DNA of 64,000 bases from an uncultured Bacilli bacterium (lineage in GTDB: Bacteria > Bacillota_I > Bacilli_A > RF39 > UBA660), in NCBI GenBank assembly GCA_947631295.1, contig CANRKU010000003.1:4313-68312 (forward strand), given 5' to 3'. The position numbers and the translations under genes are program-made. Positions 40,530-50,449 of the stretch are shown in pieces; within the stretch, counting starts at the first letter, position 1, and the number at the start of each line of letters is the position of its first letter. The notes under the pieces were generated by a model. It searched no databases and had not been told where the DNA came from. It saw only the letters and a program-made list of their open reading frames with translations.

Positions 40530-40740
40530 AAGAAAAAGGATGGTACTACTAAGGAGTGCAAAGCACGGTACCATCCTTTTATTTTCTTCATTTATGATAA
40601 CGGTCTCCCGGACCTGATTAGGGTCTCTATCAAGAAAGTAGATTAAATAGACTCTATCTTAGTTTCCACCGACCACTAAGTCTCTACACATAGATATTCT
40701 ATTATTAGTTTTCTTATCGATTTGACATTTTTATTATATG
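40530..40740 (-). ncRNA. T-box riboswitch leader upstream of the HD-gene/serS operon
   Basis: The minus strand contains AAGGATGGTACCGTG (T-box consensus AGGGTGGTACCGCG). A terminator follows: GCACTCCTTAGTAGTACCATCCTTTTT. Upstream are an AGAGA/GA motif and an AGTGGTCGGTGG stem-I element. Confidence 0.55.
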
Positions 40741-41131
40741 AAATAATTTAATCTTTATCAAGCATTTTTTGATATCTTTGATTAAATTTTTCAATTTGAT
40801 TCATTCCTTTAATTTTAAACTTAGAATATTCTACATTCTTTTGTGGGGTAATATCTCGATAAGGATAACTTTCTGTATTATGAACAGGATACATCGTAAT
40901 AATATCATTAGAATTTTGTCATGTGATAATTTCAATATAATTGGCATGTTTTCTATCAATTGTAAAACCATTATTATCATATTTAAAAATATATAAATTT
41001 TTAAAAATGCCATGAAACATCTTAGGATAATTTTCTAACGGTAACATTTTTCTAAGGGAATAATAACATTCCTCCAATGGAAAAGTATCTAAAAAGATTG
41101 ATTTTTTTCTTTATTTTATTAAAAAAAGCTA

Positions 41132-41398
41132 TTAAATAGCTTCTACAATTAACTTAATAGCAGTTCGTTCTTCCCCATCAATCGTAATATCGGTAAAGGC
41201 TGGGATACAAACTAAATTTTTTCCACTAGGTGCAACAAATCCTCTAGCAATAGCAATAGCCTTAATAGCTTGGTTTAATGCACCTGCTCCTACTGCCTGA
41301 ATCTCTACCGTTCCTTTTTCGCGAAATACATTAGCAAGTGCTCCTGCTACACTATTGGGATTAGATTTAGATGAAACTTTAAGTGTTTCCATATTCAT
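41132..41398 (-). CDS. spoVS: Stage V sporulation protein S
   Basis: METLKVSSKSNPNSVAGALANVFREKGTVEIQAVGAGALNQAIKAIAIARGFVAPSG...IPAFTDITIDGEERTAIKLIVE is near-identical in pattern to SpoVS. Confidence 0.9.
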   Translation of the reverse strand: MNMETLKVSSKSNPNSVAGALANVFREKGTVEIQAVGAGALNQAIKAIAIARGFVAPSGKNLVCIPAFTDITIDGEERTAIKLIVEAI

Positions 41399-41471
41399 TT
41401 TATCATTCCTTTCTACAATATAGAATATGTAAAAAAGAAAGAAAAAAGACCATAGTTTGGTCTTATAAATT

Positions 41472-42458
41472 CTATAGTTCTTCTACTGGGCCTAATACTG
41501 TCTGTTGTGGTGATTCCACAACTGGTGTAGGTACAGATTGATCTGATACTGTAGAATTTTCCTGGTTAACATTTTCCACACTAGGAATTTCAATCACAGA
41601 AGGTTGTGGTATTTGAACATCTTCAACTGGTATATCTATAGAGGCAGTAGAAATAGTCTCTTCCACTGGTGTTGGTATTTCAATAGGTTGATTAGGCTCA
41701 ACAATTTTGACCTCTGGATAAACTCCACCATATGGTTCATGATGCTCTTCAATTTTTGGTAAACTTTGAGTTGCTTCTAATGGATCATTTCCACCATATA
41801 TAGTAACAGGTGTTTCATTCTGAATAGAAAAATCAGGAACTGGACTTACCCCACCATAAACAGTAGGATTTGCTTCCGTTGCTGATGGAATATTTTGTTC
41901 ATTTACATTCGGAATATTTGCTACAGATGGCTCTGCTTGCATTTGTGGCATCACAATATTAGCTTGTGACAACTCATTAGTCGTCATTTCTGGTTCTGCA
42001 ATCGGAGTAGGCTCTGGCATTGTAAATATTGTAGGTGCTACACTATCTACAGTAGCAGTAGGTACTGGATTTACAGCAGTAAAAACATCATTACTAGCTG
42101 GAGTAATATTTAAATTTGGATTAGAAATCGTTGAATCAACAGCTGGTTCCGTAAATGAAACAGTCTGTGTTCCTGGCATTGCAGATACTGGTTCTGTAAC
42201 TGAAACAGTCTGTGTTCCTGGCATTGCAGATACTGGTTCCGTAACGGAAACAGTTTGTGTCCCTGGCATTGCAGAAATTGTAGGTGCTACACTATCTACA
42301 GTAGCAGTAGGTACTGGATTAACATTTGATGCATTAACTGCATTTTGATTCTTTTTAGATTTCTTACCTCCTAGAGTAAACATAACAATAGCAACAACTA
42401 ATAAAATTGCTCCACATATAATTAAAATACCTGGTATTGTAGTAAACCAATCTAACAT
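41472..42458 (-). CDS. Membrane-anchored Pro/Thr/Val-rich repeat protein
   Basis: N-terminal TM. Three tandem 13-aa repeats SAMPGTQTVSVTEPV. The duplicated block NPVPTATVDSVAPTI occurs twice. Confidence 0.5.
   Translation of the reverse strand: MLDWFTTIPGILIICGAILLVVAIVMFTLGGKKSKKNQNAVNASNVNPVPTATVDSVAPTISAMPGTQTVSVTEPVSAMPGTQTVSVTEPVSAMPGTQTVSFTEPAVDSTISNPNLNITPASNDVFTAVNPVPTATVDSVAPTIFTMPEPTPIAEPEMTTNELSQANIVMPQMQAEPSVANIPNVNEQNIPSATEANPTVYGGVSPVPDFSIQNETPVTIYGGNDPLEATQSLPKIEEHHEPYGGVYPEVKIVEPNQPIEIPTPVEETISTASIDIPVEDVQIPQPSVIEIPSVENVNQENSTVSDQSVPTPVVESPQQTVLGPVEEL
42147..42275. repeat. Three tandem copies of a 39-bp repeat, in-frame within the 41472..42458 CDS
   Basis: The unit gaaacagtctgtgttcctggcattgcagatactggttc(c/t)gtaac occurs three times in direct succession, with few mismatches. 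Confidence 0.7.
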
Positions 42459-42652
42459 TTCTTCATCTCCCTTATTTTATTCTATTAAAATAATAACAAA
42501 AAAAAACAATAATTGCAATTATTTTATTAAAATAAATTGCTAGTATTATTTTTCTAATTCTTTATTACTTTCGAATTTATAATGCTTCAAATAGAATGAA
42601 CATCAAAACTTGTTAACTATAAAAATCTTTATCTTCTATACATAAATTACTC

Positions 42653-43306
42653 TTATAAAAACAATTTCCAGTCATTTATTTTATCTGGATATTTTTCAAA
42701 TATTAATCTTTCTTTGGTGATAGGATGAAAAAAAGAAAGGTGGTAACTACATAAGCAAATTTGCTTATTATCTAAAATTCCATATCTTTGATCTCCAACT
42801 AATGGATATCCTCTACTAGCAAATTGTACTCTAATTTGATGATGTCTTCCCGTAATCAGTTCAATTTTAACTAAACTTTTATTTTGTTTTTCTTGCAAAA
42901 CCTCATATTTTAAAACAGACTTTTTACCATGTTTACTATCAGTCACAACTGTATTTCCATTTTCTTGTTTTTCTAAATAATCACAAAATTCTCCTTTTTT
43001 TTCAGGAAGAATTCCATTTATAATAGCCAAATACTGTTTTTGAAATTCATGGTTTTGGATTTGTTTCGTAAGACGAGAGGCTGCTTTGCTTGATTTAGCA
43101 AATATCATAATACCTTGTACAGGTCTATCTAATCTATGAACTAACCCTAAATAAACATTACCCGGTTTTCGATATTTTTCTTTAATATATTTTTTAACTA
43201 GAGTTAACATATCTACATCTTTTGTACTATCACTTTGACTTAAAATATTAGCAGGTTTAACTACCACAATCACATGATTATCTTCATATAAAATTTCCAA
43301 TTTATT
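42653..43306 (-). CDS. RluA-family pseudouridine synthase
   Basis: HRLDRPVQGIMIFAKSSKAASRL catalytic motif. Likely start at MNKLEILYED. Confidence 0.7.
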   Translation of the reverse strand, partial: NKLEILYEDNHVIVVVKPANILSQSDSTKDVDMLTLVKKYIKEKYRKPGNVYLGLVHRLDRPVQGIMIFAKSSKAASRLTKQIQNHEFQKQYLAIINGILPEKKGEFCDYLEKQENGNTVVTDSKHGKKSVLKYEVLQEKQNKSLVKIELITGRHHQIRVQFASRGYPLVGDQRYGILDNKQICLCSYHLSFFHPITKERLIFEKYPDKINDWKLFL

Positions 43307-44180
43307 CATAAAACTCCACTCTTCCTGTAATGCCACAAGGTAATACTAATTCTTTTTCACGAATTGGAAGCCCAATTTCATCTATTTCAACATGAGCGTG
43401 ATAGTGAGGCAAGATTCTTAATTTTATTAAATTGTGTATTACTTCTTTCGTAAGACCACCAGTATAAGAATTCACTAAAAAAAACAAAGGTTTTTTACTT
43501 AATAATTTTACACATAAAGAAATTAAATGATCCAAATCCTTTTCAATATCCCAAATTTCGCCATTAGCTCCTCTTCCGTAACTAGGAGGATCCATAATAA
43601 TAGCATCATATTGATTTCCCCTTCTAATCTCTCTTTCCACAAATTTTAAAACATCATCGACTAAATAACGAATTTGACCTTTTTCTAATCCACTAGCTTT
43701 GACATTTTCCTTAGCCCAATCGATCATTCCACGAGAACTATCTACATGAACAACACTAGCCCCTGCTTTCAAACAAGCAACACTAGCACCACCAGTATAA
43801 GCAAATAAATTCAACACTTTAATAGGTCGCTTACTATCTTTTATTTTTTGCATCATATAATCCCAATTTACTGCTTGTTCCGGAAATAATCCAGTATGTT
43901 TAAATCCCATTTGTTTAATACAAAAAGTTAAATCATGATATTTTACTTGCCAACTAACAGGAGTTTGTTTTAGATTATTCCAATGACCTCCACCTTTATT
44001 ATTACGATAATACACAGCATGAATATTCGGATATCTTTCTAATAAATTACCATTATCCCATATCACCTGTGGATCAGGTCTTAATAGATAAATATTTTTC
44101 CATCGTTCTAATTTCATACCATTAGAAGAATCAATAATTTCATAGTCTTGAAAATCTTTCACAACCCACATATCTTTCAC
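43302..44180 (-). CDS. SAM-dependent rRNA methyltransferase (RlmI/RlmK-like)
   Basis: YTGGASVACLKAGASVVHVDSSRGMIDWAKEN SAM-binding motif. DAIIMDPPSY. 292 aa. Confidence 0.6.
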   Translation of the reverse strand: MKDMWVVKDFQDYEIIDSSNGMKLERWKNIYLLRPDPQVIWDNGNLLERYPNIHAVYYRNNKGGGHWNNLKQTPVSWQVKYHDLTFCIKQMGFKHTGLFPEQAVNWDYMMQKIKDSKRPIKVLNLFAYTGGASVACLKAGASVVHVDSSRGMIDWAKENVKASGLEKGQIRYLVDDVLKFVEREIRRGNQYDAIIMDPPSYGRGANGEIWDIEKDLDHLISLCVKLLSKKPLFFLVNSYTGGLTKEVIHNLIKLRILPHYHAHVEIDEIGLPIREKELVLPCGITGRVEFYE

Positions 44181-44221
44181 CTATCACTTATTTTATCATA
44201 ATTAATAAAAAAGAAAAAGAA

Positions 44222-44545
44222 TTACTGAATGTATTCATCTTGAAGTTCATAACGTAATTCTTTTACCTTCTCTAAGACTTTTTTTTGTCTATCTTTTTCA
44301 TACTCCGGAATTTTCTTTTTAGGATTACCAAAGCGATTTACATACAATCTTAATGGTTTAATATGATTACTAGTAGATAGTAAAACAGGACATCCATTAC
44401 TAAAATCTTCTGCTGATATTTGCATAATTGCACCATCTACTACTAATTTTGATGTTCGACTAAGAATAATTTTTATTTCACCTTTTGGAAAGCTTCCAAC
44501 ATACAAATTACTATATTTTTTAATAATCATAGTACCCCTCCTCAT
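44222..44545 (-). CDS. Hypothetical small protein
   Basis: 107-aa ORF with a basic C-terminus. Confidence 0.35.
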   Translation of the reverse strand: MRRGTMIIKKYSNLYVGSFPKGEIKIILSRTSKLVVDGAIMQISAEDFSNGCPVLLSTSNHIKPLRLYVNRFGNPKKKIPEYEKDRQKKVLEKVKELRYELQDEYIQ

Positions 44546-44598
44546 TTATTGGGACGTATTATACCACATCTCTATCCAAAAAGCAAGCATTTTCAATT

Positions 44599-45309
44599 TT
44601 ATAAATCACTATGTTGGAAATATTCAAATAATTGTTGACACTTTTCTATATCCATCGCTTCTTTTTTTAAATAAGGATTAACAAGCCCTAAACTTTGATA
44701 TTTTTGATCTCCCATTTTATGATAAGGTAAAAACTCTACTTTTTCTACATTATTAATTTGTTTTAAAAATACTTTCAACCCATCTATATATTCTAAATTA
44801 TCATTTACACCTGGAATAATAACTTGACGAATCCATACTTTGGTATGACTTTGATTGAGAACATCTAAAAAAGTTAAAAACTCATCCATAGATTTTCCAG
44901 TTAAATCTAAATATCCCTCTTTCGTAATATGTTTGATATCTAAAAGAACTAGATCAACATAGGAAAGAATTTCTTGATATTTTCCAACACCAACTCCCGC
45001 AGTATCTAAAGCAATATGAATTTTTTCCTTTTTTAATTTTTGACACACTTCTAATAAAAAATCAATTTGTAGTAAAGGTTCTCCTCCTGAAAAAGTAACG
45101 CCACCTTGATTTCTTTGAAAATAAGGCTTATTACGAATGATTTTTTGAACTAATTCATCACTAGTATAATTTTCTTTTCCTTTTATCCACATTTCAGGAT
45201 TATGACAATATTTGCATCTTAATTGACATCCGCTTAAAAAAACAACAGTACGAATCCCTGGACCATCCACTAATCCAAAAGATTCAATAGAATCTACTGC
45301 ACCTTTCAT
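44599..45309 (-). CDS. pflA: Pyruvate formate-lyase activating enzyme (radical SAM)
   Basis: GCQLRCKYCHNP CxxxCxxC cluster. It sits directly after pflB. Confidence 0.85.
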   Translation of the reverse strand: MKGAVDSIESFGLVDGPGIRTVVFLSGCQLRCKYCHNPEMWIKGKENYTSDELVQKIIRNKPYFQRNQGGVTFSGGEPLLQIDFLLEVCQKLKKEKIHIALDTAGVGVGKYQEILSYVDLVLLDIKHITKEGYLDLTGKSMDEFLTFLDVLNQSHTKVWIRQVIIPGVNDNLEYIDGLKVFLKQINNVEKVEFLPYHKMGDQKYQSLGLVNPYLKKEAMDIEKCQQLFEYFQHSDL

Positions 45310-47537
45310 TATATCTTCTCATGAAAAGTTCTAGCAATAACTTCTTCTTGTTGCTTTCTTGTCAAACGATTAAAACGAACTGCATAACCCGAAACACGAA
45401 TTGTTAAAAGTGGATATTTTTCAGGATTTTCCATAGCATCTATTAAAGTTTCTCGGTTTAATACATTGACATTTAAATGATGTGCACCTTGTACAAAATA
45501 ACCATCTAATAGGCTTACTAAGTTTTCTATCTGATCTATCTTAGAATGACCTAAAGCACTAGGAATAATAGAAAAAGTATTACTAATTCCATCACGACAA
45601 CAATTTGCATAAGGAATTTTAGCGACACTATTTAAACTAGCAATAGCACCATTTATATCTCTTCCATGCATTGGGTTAGCACCTGGTGCAAAACTTTCTC
45701 CTTTTTTTCTACCATCAGGAGTAGCACCAGTCTTAGATCCATATACAACATTAGAAGTAATCGTTAAAACGGATAAAGTTGGATGACTATTACGATAGCA
45801 TTTATGACTAGACAATTCTTGATACATTTTTTCAAGTATTTCTACGGCAATATGATCTACTCGATCATCATCATTTCCATATTTAGGATAATCACCTTCT
45901 ATTTGAAAATCAATCATAATACCATCTTGATCACGAATTGGTTTTACTTTTGCATATTTGATTGCTGACAAACTATCAGCAACAACGGAAAGCCCTGCAA
46001 CCCCATAAGCCATTAGTCGGTTGACATTCGTATCGTGTAAAGCCATTTGTCCAGCTTCATAGGCATATTTATCATGCATATAATGGATAATATTCATGGC
46101 ATCAGAATAGATTTTAGCTACTACTTCCAACATTCTAAAATAGGATTTTTTTACTTTTTCATAATCCAAAATATCATCATCCATTTTGGTAAATCCATCG
46201 ATTATTAACTCTTTTTCTATTTCATCAACTCCGCCATTCATAGAATATAAAAGCGCTTTAGCCAAATTACAACGAGCTCCAAAAAATTGCATATCTTTTC
46301 CTTCACGCATTGCAGATACACAACAAGCAATTGCATAATCATCACCATAAATTGGTCTCATAACATCATCATTTTCATACTGAATAGAATCGGTTTCAAT
46401 TGACATTTTTGCACAATACTTTTTAAAAGATTCTGGTAATTTTTGACTCCATAAAACTGTCATATTAGGTTCTGGTGCAGGATCTAAATTTGTCAAAGTA
46501 TGTAAAATACGATAGCTAGTCTTCGTAACCATACTACGATGATCTTCTGTAATTCCTCCGATAGAACAAGTAACCCAAGTAGGATCTCCAGAAAATAATT
46601 CATCATACTCTGGTGTTCTCAAATGACGAACAAGTCTTAATTTAATTACGAATTGATCAATTAATTCTTGAGCTTCTATTTCTGTCAAAATTCCTTTTTC
46701 CATATCGCGTTTGATATAAATATCAAAAAAGGCATCTACCCTTCCCAAACTCATAGCAGCTCCATTATTTTCTTTTATGGCCGCTAAATATCCGAAATAA
46801 GTCCATTGAATAGCTTCTTTTGCATCTTTAGCTGGCATACTAATATCATAGCCATAAGAAAGAGCCATTTTCTTTATTTCTTCTAATGCACGATATTGCA
46901 TAGATACATCTTCTCTTAACTGAATTAATTCATCATTCATATCACCAGTTAAATGATCCCAATCCTCTTTCTTTTTTGCCATCAAATAGTCAATTCCATA
47001 TAATGCAATACGACGATAATCCCCAATAATTCTTCCACGACCATAACTATCTGGTAATCCTGTTAATAATCCTGCATGTCGTGCTTTACGAATTTCCTCT
47101 GTATAAGCATCAAATACACCTTGATTATGTGTTTTTCGAAATTCATTAAAATATTTATCTACAGTGGGATTAAGCTTATAATGATAAGAATCAAGTTCTG
47201 TATAAACCATACGAATACCACCATACGGATTCACTATTCTCTTCAATGGTTGATCTGTCTGTAGTCCAACAATAACCTCATTTTCTTTTTCAATATATCC
47301 AGGTTGATAAGCATTAATACCAGACATATGATCGGTATCAATATCAAGTACATGTTTCTTTAATTCTTCCTTTAATAAAGTACTACATTTATCCCAAAGT
47401 TTTTTGGTCTTTTCTGTTTTATCCTGCAAAAAGGATTCATCTAAATCATAAGAAGTATAATTTTTTAAGATAAAATCTCTAACATCGATTTCTTGTGTCC
47501 AATTACCATCCTGAAAATCTCTCCATTCTTCTCTCAT
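45309..47537 (-). CDS. pflB: Pyruvate formate-lyase (glycyl radical enzyme)
   Basis: 742 aa. Glycine-radical motif [11 protein letters not shown] near the C-terminus. Active-site Cys pair in the ACCVSA region. Confidence 0.9.
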   Translation of the reverse strand: MREEWRDFQDGNWTQEIDVRDFILKNYTSYDLDESFLQDKTEKTKKLWDKCSTLLKEELKKHVLDIDTDHMSGINAYQPGYIEKENEVIVGLQTDQPLKRIVNPYGGIRMVYTELDSYHYKLNPTVDKYFNEFRKTHNQGVFDAYTEEIRKARHAGLLTGLPDSYGRGRIIGDYRRIALYGIDYLMAKKKEDWDHLTGDMNDELIQLREDVSMQYRALEEIKKMALSYGYDISMPAKDAKEAIQWTYFGYLAAIKENNGAAMSLGRVDAFFDIYIKRDMEKGILTEIEAQELIDQFVIKLRLVRHLRTPEYDELFSGDPTWVTCSIGGITEDHRSMVTKTSYRILHTLTNLDPAPEPNMTVLWSQKLPESFKKYCAKMSIETDSIQYENDDVMRPIYGDDYAIACCVSAMREGKDMQFFGARCNLAKALLYSMNGGVDEIEKELIIDGFTKMDDDILDYEKVKKSYFRMLEVVAKIYSDAMNIIHYMHDKYAYEAGQMALHDTNVNRLMAYGVAGLSVVADSLSAIKYAKVKPIRDQDGIMIDFQIEGDYPKYGNDDDRVDHIAVEILEKMYQELSSHKCYRNSHPTLSVLTITSNVVYGSKTGATPDGRKKGESFAPGANPMHGRDINGAIASLNSVAKIPYANCCRDGISNTFSIIPSALGHSKIDQIENLVSLLDGYFVQGAHHLNVNVLNRETLIDAMENPEKYPLLTIRVSGYAVRFNRLTRKQQEEVIARTFHEKI

Positions 47538-47716
47538 AAAATCCTCCCATTATTTATATTGTATCAATGATTAAAAATAATAAGCAATACTATTTCAAAT
47601 ATTTGACAGTCCATCTTTGACGATTTTGTCAACAGAAAATAGAATAATAAATTTATGAATAAAAACTTAAAAATTTTTTCTTTTTTACATACACTATACT
47701 AGAATGGATGTGAATC

Positions 47717-48421
47717 ATGAATAATTCTGAATATTTAAATGAAAAAAATATTACTTATACAGTAAAAGAAGGGGATACTCTTTATAGTATAGCTAAAAAA
47801 TTTAATACTAGTATTAGTGATTTAATAACACAAAATCATCTCGACAATAATCTACTTGTACCGAATCAAATATTAACAATTCCAAAAAATTCTACTCCAA
47901 TAATAGAACATATTGGTAGTGATATCTGTGATATGGAAATCAAAGATAAAGATCCAATTTATGATACTTATATTGTGAAAAAAAACGATAATTTATATAC
48001 TATCGCCAAAAAATTTAATACAACAGTAGCAAAATTAATATATATCAACAATTTAAAAAATAATTTACTTTCTCTAAATCAAAAAATAAAAGTTCCACAT
48101 CATAGTGCAAATACAATAAACTATATCGTAAAAAAGCAAGACAATTTATATCAAATAGCATCTAATTATAATGTAACTCCTAAACAAATCATGGATTTAA
48201 ATAATCTAACATCAACCTCTTTAACAGTCGGACAGACTTTAAAAATTCCTACGTTTTCCACTAGTGATAGAAATTCTTATGAAATTTATATAGTCAAGAA
48301 AGAAGATAGTCTTTATTCCATTTCTAAAAAATTTAATACAACTGTTGCGATTATAAAAAAAGAAAATCATCTAGTAAACAATCTACTTACAATTGGGCAA
48401 TCCTTAATCATTCCAAAGTAA
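47717..48421 (+). CDS. LysM-repeat protein (4 LysM domains)
   Basis: Four repeats of YTVKEGDTLYSIAKKFNTxxxxLxxxNxLxxNLLxxxQxLxIP. Confidence 0.7.
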   Translation: MNNSEYLNEKNITYTVKEGDTLYSIAKKFNTSISDLITQNHLDNNLLVPNQILTIPKNSTPIIEHIGSDICDMEIKDKDPIYDTYIVKKNDNLYTIAKKFNTTVAKLIYINNLKNNLLSLNQKIKVPHHSANTINYIVKKQDNLYQIASNYNVTPKQIMDLNNLTSTSLTVGQTLKIPTFSTSDRNSYEIYIVKKEDSLYSISKKFNTTVAIIKKENHLVNNLLTIGQSLIIPK

Positions 48422-48446
48422 AAGATACCGAAATGTCTCGGTACCT

Positions 48447-49799
48447 TTATTTTTTTGCTTTTTCAACAATATGTTTCCATTCTATAGGTCCTACTCGACC
48501 TGTTTCATCTAATTGAAATTCTTTTTGAATTTCTTTCACTGCCATTTCCGTTTTAGTATTAAAGCATCCTATGATATCCACTTGAGGAAATTGATTATTT
48601 TTCTGATAAATATCATATAAAAATTCCTGTAAAGTAGTGACCTCATCACCTTTCATTCCCAGTGATAAAGAAATTCCCGGATAGATTTCATCTTTATGAG
48701 AGAGAGCTTCCTTTGGTAAATGGGATAATACCTCAAAGTAAATCTCTTTTAGTTTATTCCATGTTGTGATATCAACAATTCCATTAGCTGGTAAACCATA
48801 TTTTTTCTGAAAAGCAATAACCATTTTTTCTGTATTACTATCATAAATAGAATCAACGGATAAAAAAGGAATATCATTATCAAAATAAGCAATGACACGA
48901 ATAAAATAATGTAAACCTTGTACATGAGGTCCTTGGTCATTTTTTTTAAGTTCCAAACCAAATTTCATTTCAATATCTTCTTGTAATAACCCTTCCGTAT
49001 AAATATCTGATAATTTTTTAACCGCATTATATAAATATTTTATCTTATACCATGTTGCTTTATCTATCATCCCTGTGATTTCCAAATCAAATATATTTTG
49101 AAATTTTTGGATTGCTTGTTCCAAAACGACATCATAAAATTCATGAATCGTATCAAATTCTGGAATAGCTGGATAATTTACATGAATACGATTTAACTGT
49201 CTTTTAATAATACGAACATGTTCTGATACATCCCCTACTTTTAAAGGAACACCAGGATAAGAAGTAATAGGATCCGCTACTTCGGCATTTTGAATAATAG
49301 ATATATCGTTTCCATAATAATATTTTAAAATTTCAGTAGGTGTTTTACCCTGCTCAGCAAGATGAACAGTACCCCACTGTGACAATCCCTCACATAAAGT
49401 TTTTTTACCATCACAATAATTAGTAAAATAAGGCTCAATATGATTACCTTTGACAACATAATTATTAAAAATTTCATCCACAATTTTAATAATATTATCA
49501 AATAAATCTCTTCCCTTCACATAAGTCTGATCATAATTAGGAAGAGAAGTAATATCAAAAGAATATCCTTTACTTGGATAATATTCATTATAAATACGAT
49601 TTAGTGAAAAAGAGGTAATTGCTAAAATATTACTACGAAGAGCAGCATCAGGCCAGCTAGGATAAAGTTCACTACAAGCAACATTTTTAATATAATCAAT
49701 AAAAGAAATCGTAATTTCTTCACTAGCCTCATCGGGATTTCCTAAGTGAACAATAATGGTAGTTGGAATAATAGGTCTTCCGATTTGTCTATCTTCCAT
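48447..49799 (-). CDS. Peptidoglycan-binding-domain protein, possibly a SleC-like spore cortex-lytic enzyme
   Basis: Three PG_binding_1-like repeats at the C-terminus (AIQKFQNIFDLEITGMIDKATWYKI; AFQKKYGLPANGIVDITTWNKL; AVKEIQKEFQLDETGRVGPIEWKHI). A separate N-terminal domain. Confidence 0.4.
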   Translation of the reverse strand: MEDRQIGRPIIPTTIIVHLGNPDEASEEITISFIDYIKNVACSELYPSWPDAALRSNILAITSFSLNRIYNEYYPSKGYSFDITSLPNYDQTYVKGRDLFDNIIKIVDEIFNNYVVKGNHIEPYFTNYCDGKKTLCEGLSQWGTVHLAEQGKTPTEILKYYYGNDISIIQNAEVADPITSYPGVPLKVGDVSEHVRIIKRQLNRIHVNYPAIPEFDTIHEFYDVVLEQAIQKFQNIFDLEITGMIDKATWYKIKYLYNAVKKLSDIYTEGLLQEDIEMKFGLELKKNDQGPHVQGLHYFIRVIAYFDNDIPFLSVDSIYDSNTEKMVIAFQKKYGLPANGIVDITTWNKLKEIYFEVLSHLPKEALSHKDEIYPGISLSLGMKGDEVTTLQEFLYDIYQKNNQFPQVDIIGCFNTKTEMAVKEIQKEFQLDETGRVGPIEWKHIVEKAKK

Positions 49800-50339
49800 T
49801 TATAAATTCCCTTCACTTACATATTCATTTGGTATCATTTCAATTTTTTGAATAGATTTAATTCCATCATAAACATATACTTTTTCTATTTGCACAGTTT
49901 GATAATTAGGATGAGTAGCTTCAATTTGATAAATAGATGCTCCATTTAAGTAATCTTGACGCCTAACAGGTGTTGGTAAAAGAATAGAATCAATTAATCC
50001 ACTTTCTTCGGTATAACCAGAATAAAAAATTTTCTTTTCCTGATTAAATATTTTGTAAACTTGAATTTTGACATGAGAAATAGGAAAATAAGTATTTCCA
50101 ATCAAAGTTTGGACTTTCAATTTGCCAGTTCCCAAATTGGTATTTAAAAATTCCTGATAAGTCATCTCCTCATAGAAAGAATTAGAATTTTGACTAATAG
50201 TTAAAATTTGTCCTGGTAAAATTAAGGTATTCGTTAATTGATTTAATTCCATTAATTGTAGTACTGTTGTCTGATACTGTTTAGCAATACTATATAAAGT
50301 TTCTCCTTTTAAAACAGTATGGGTTACATTTTCTCTCAT
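49800..50339 (-). CDS. LysM-domain protein
   Basis: N-terminal LysM (HTVLKGETLYSIAKQYQTTVLQLMELNQL). 179 aa. Confidence 0.5.
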   Translation of the reverse strand: MRENVTHTVLKGETLYSIAKQYQTTVLQLMELNQLTNTLILPGQILTISQNSNSFYEEMTYQEFLNTNLGTGKLKVQTLIGNTYFPISHVKIQVYKIFNQEKKIFYSGYTEESGLIDSILLPTPVRRQDYLNGASIYQIEATHPNYQTVQIEKVYVYDGIKSIQKIEMIPNEYVSEGNL

Positions 50340-50449
50340 AAAATCACCTATTACATCGTATGAATGAGAAAAAAAATAGTGCGTAATGAAAACATATTAT
50401 TTCCTTTTTGTACTTTTTACATATATTATGTTAGAAAGGATAGAAGAAA

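Noticed and set aside
40515-40574. 20-codon N-terminal extension of the HD-domain ORF (MVPCFALLSSTILFLVSGGN)
   Set aside because: It coincides with the T-box terminator/antiterminator. The real start, with a strong SD, is the internal MKK.
50418-50430. A full sigma-K promoter for the intact collagen gene at 50450
   Set aside because: The CATATATTA -10 is present, but no AC dinucleotide sits at the required 16 to 17-nt spacing. It is left as a shared motif only.
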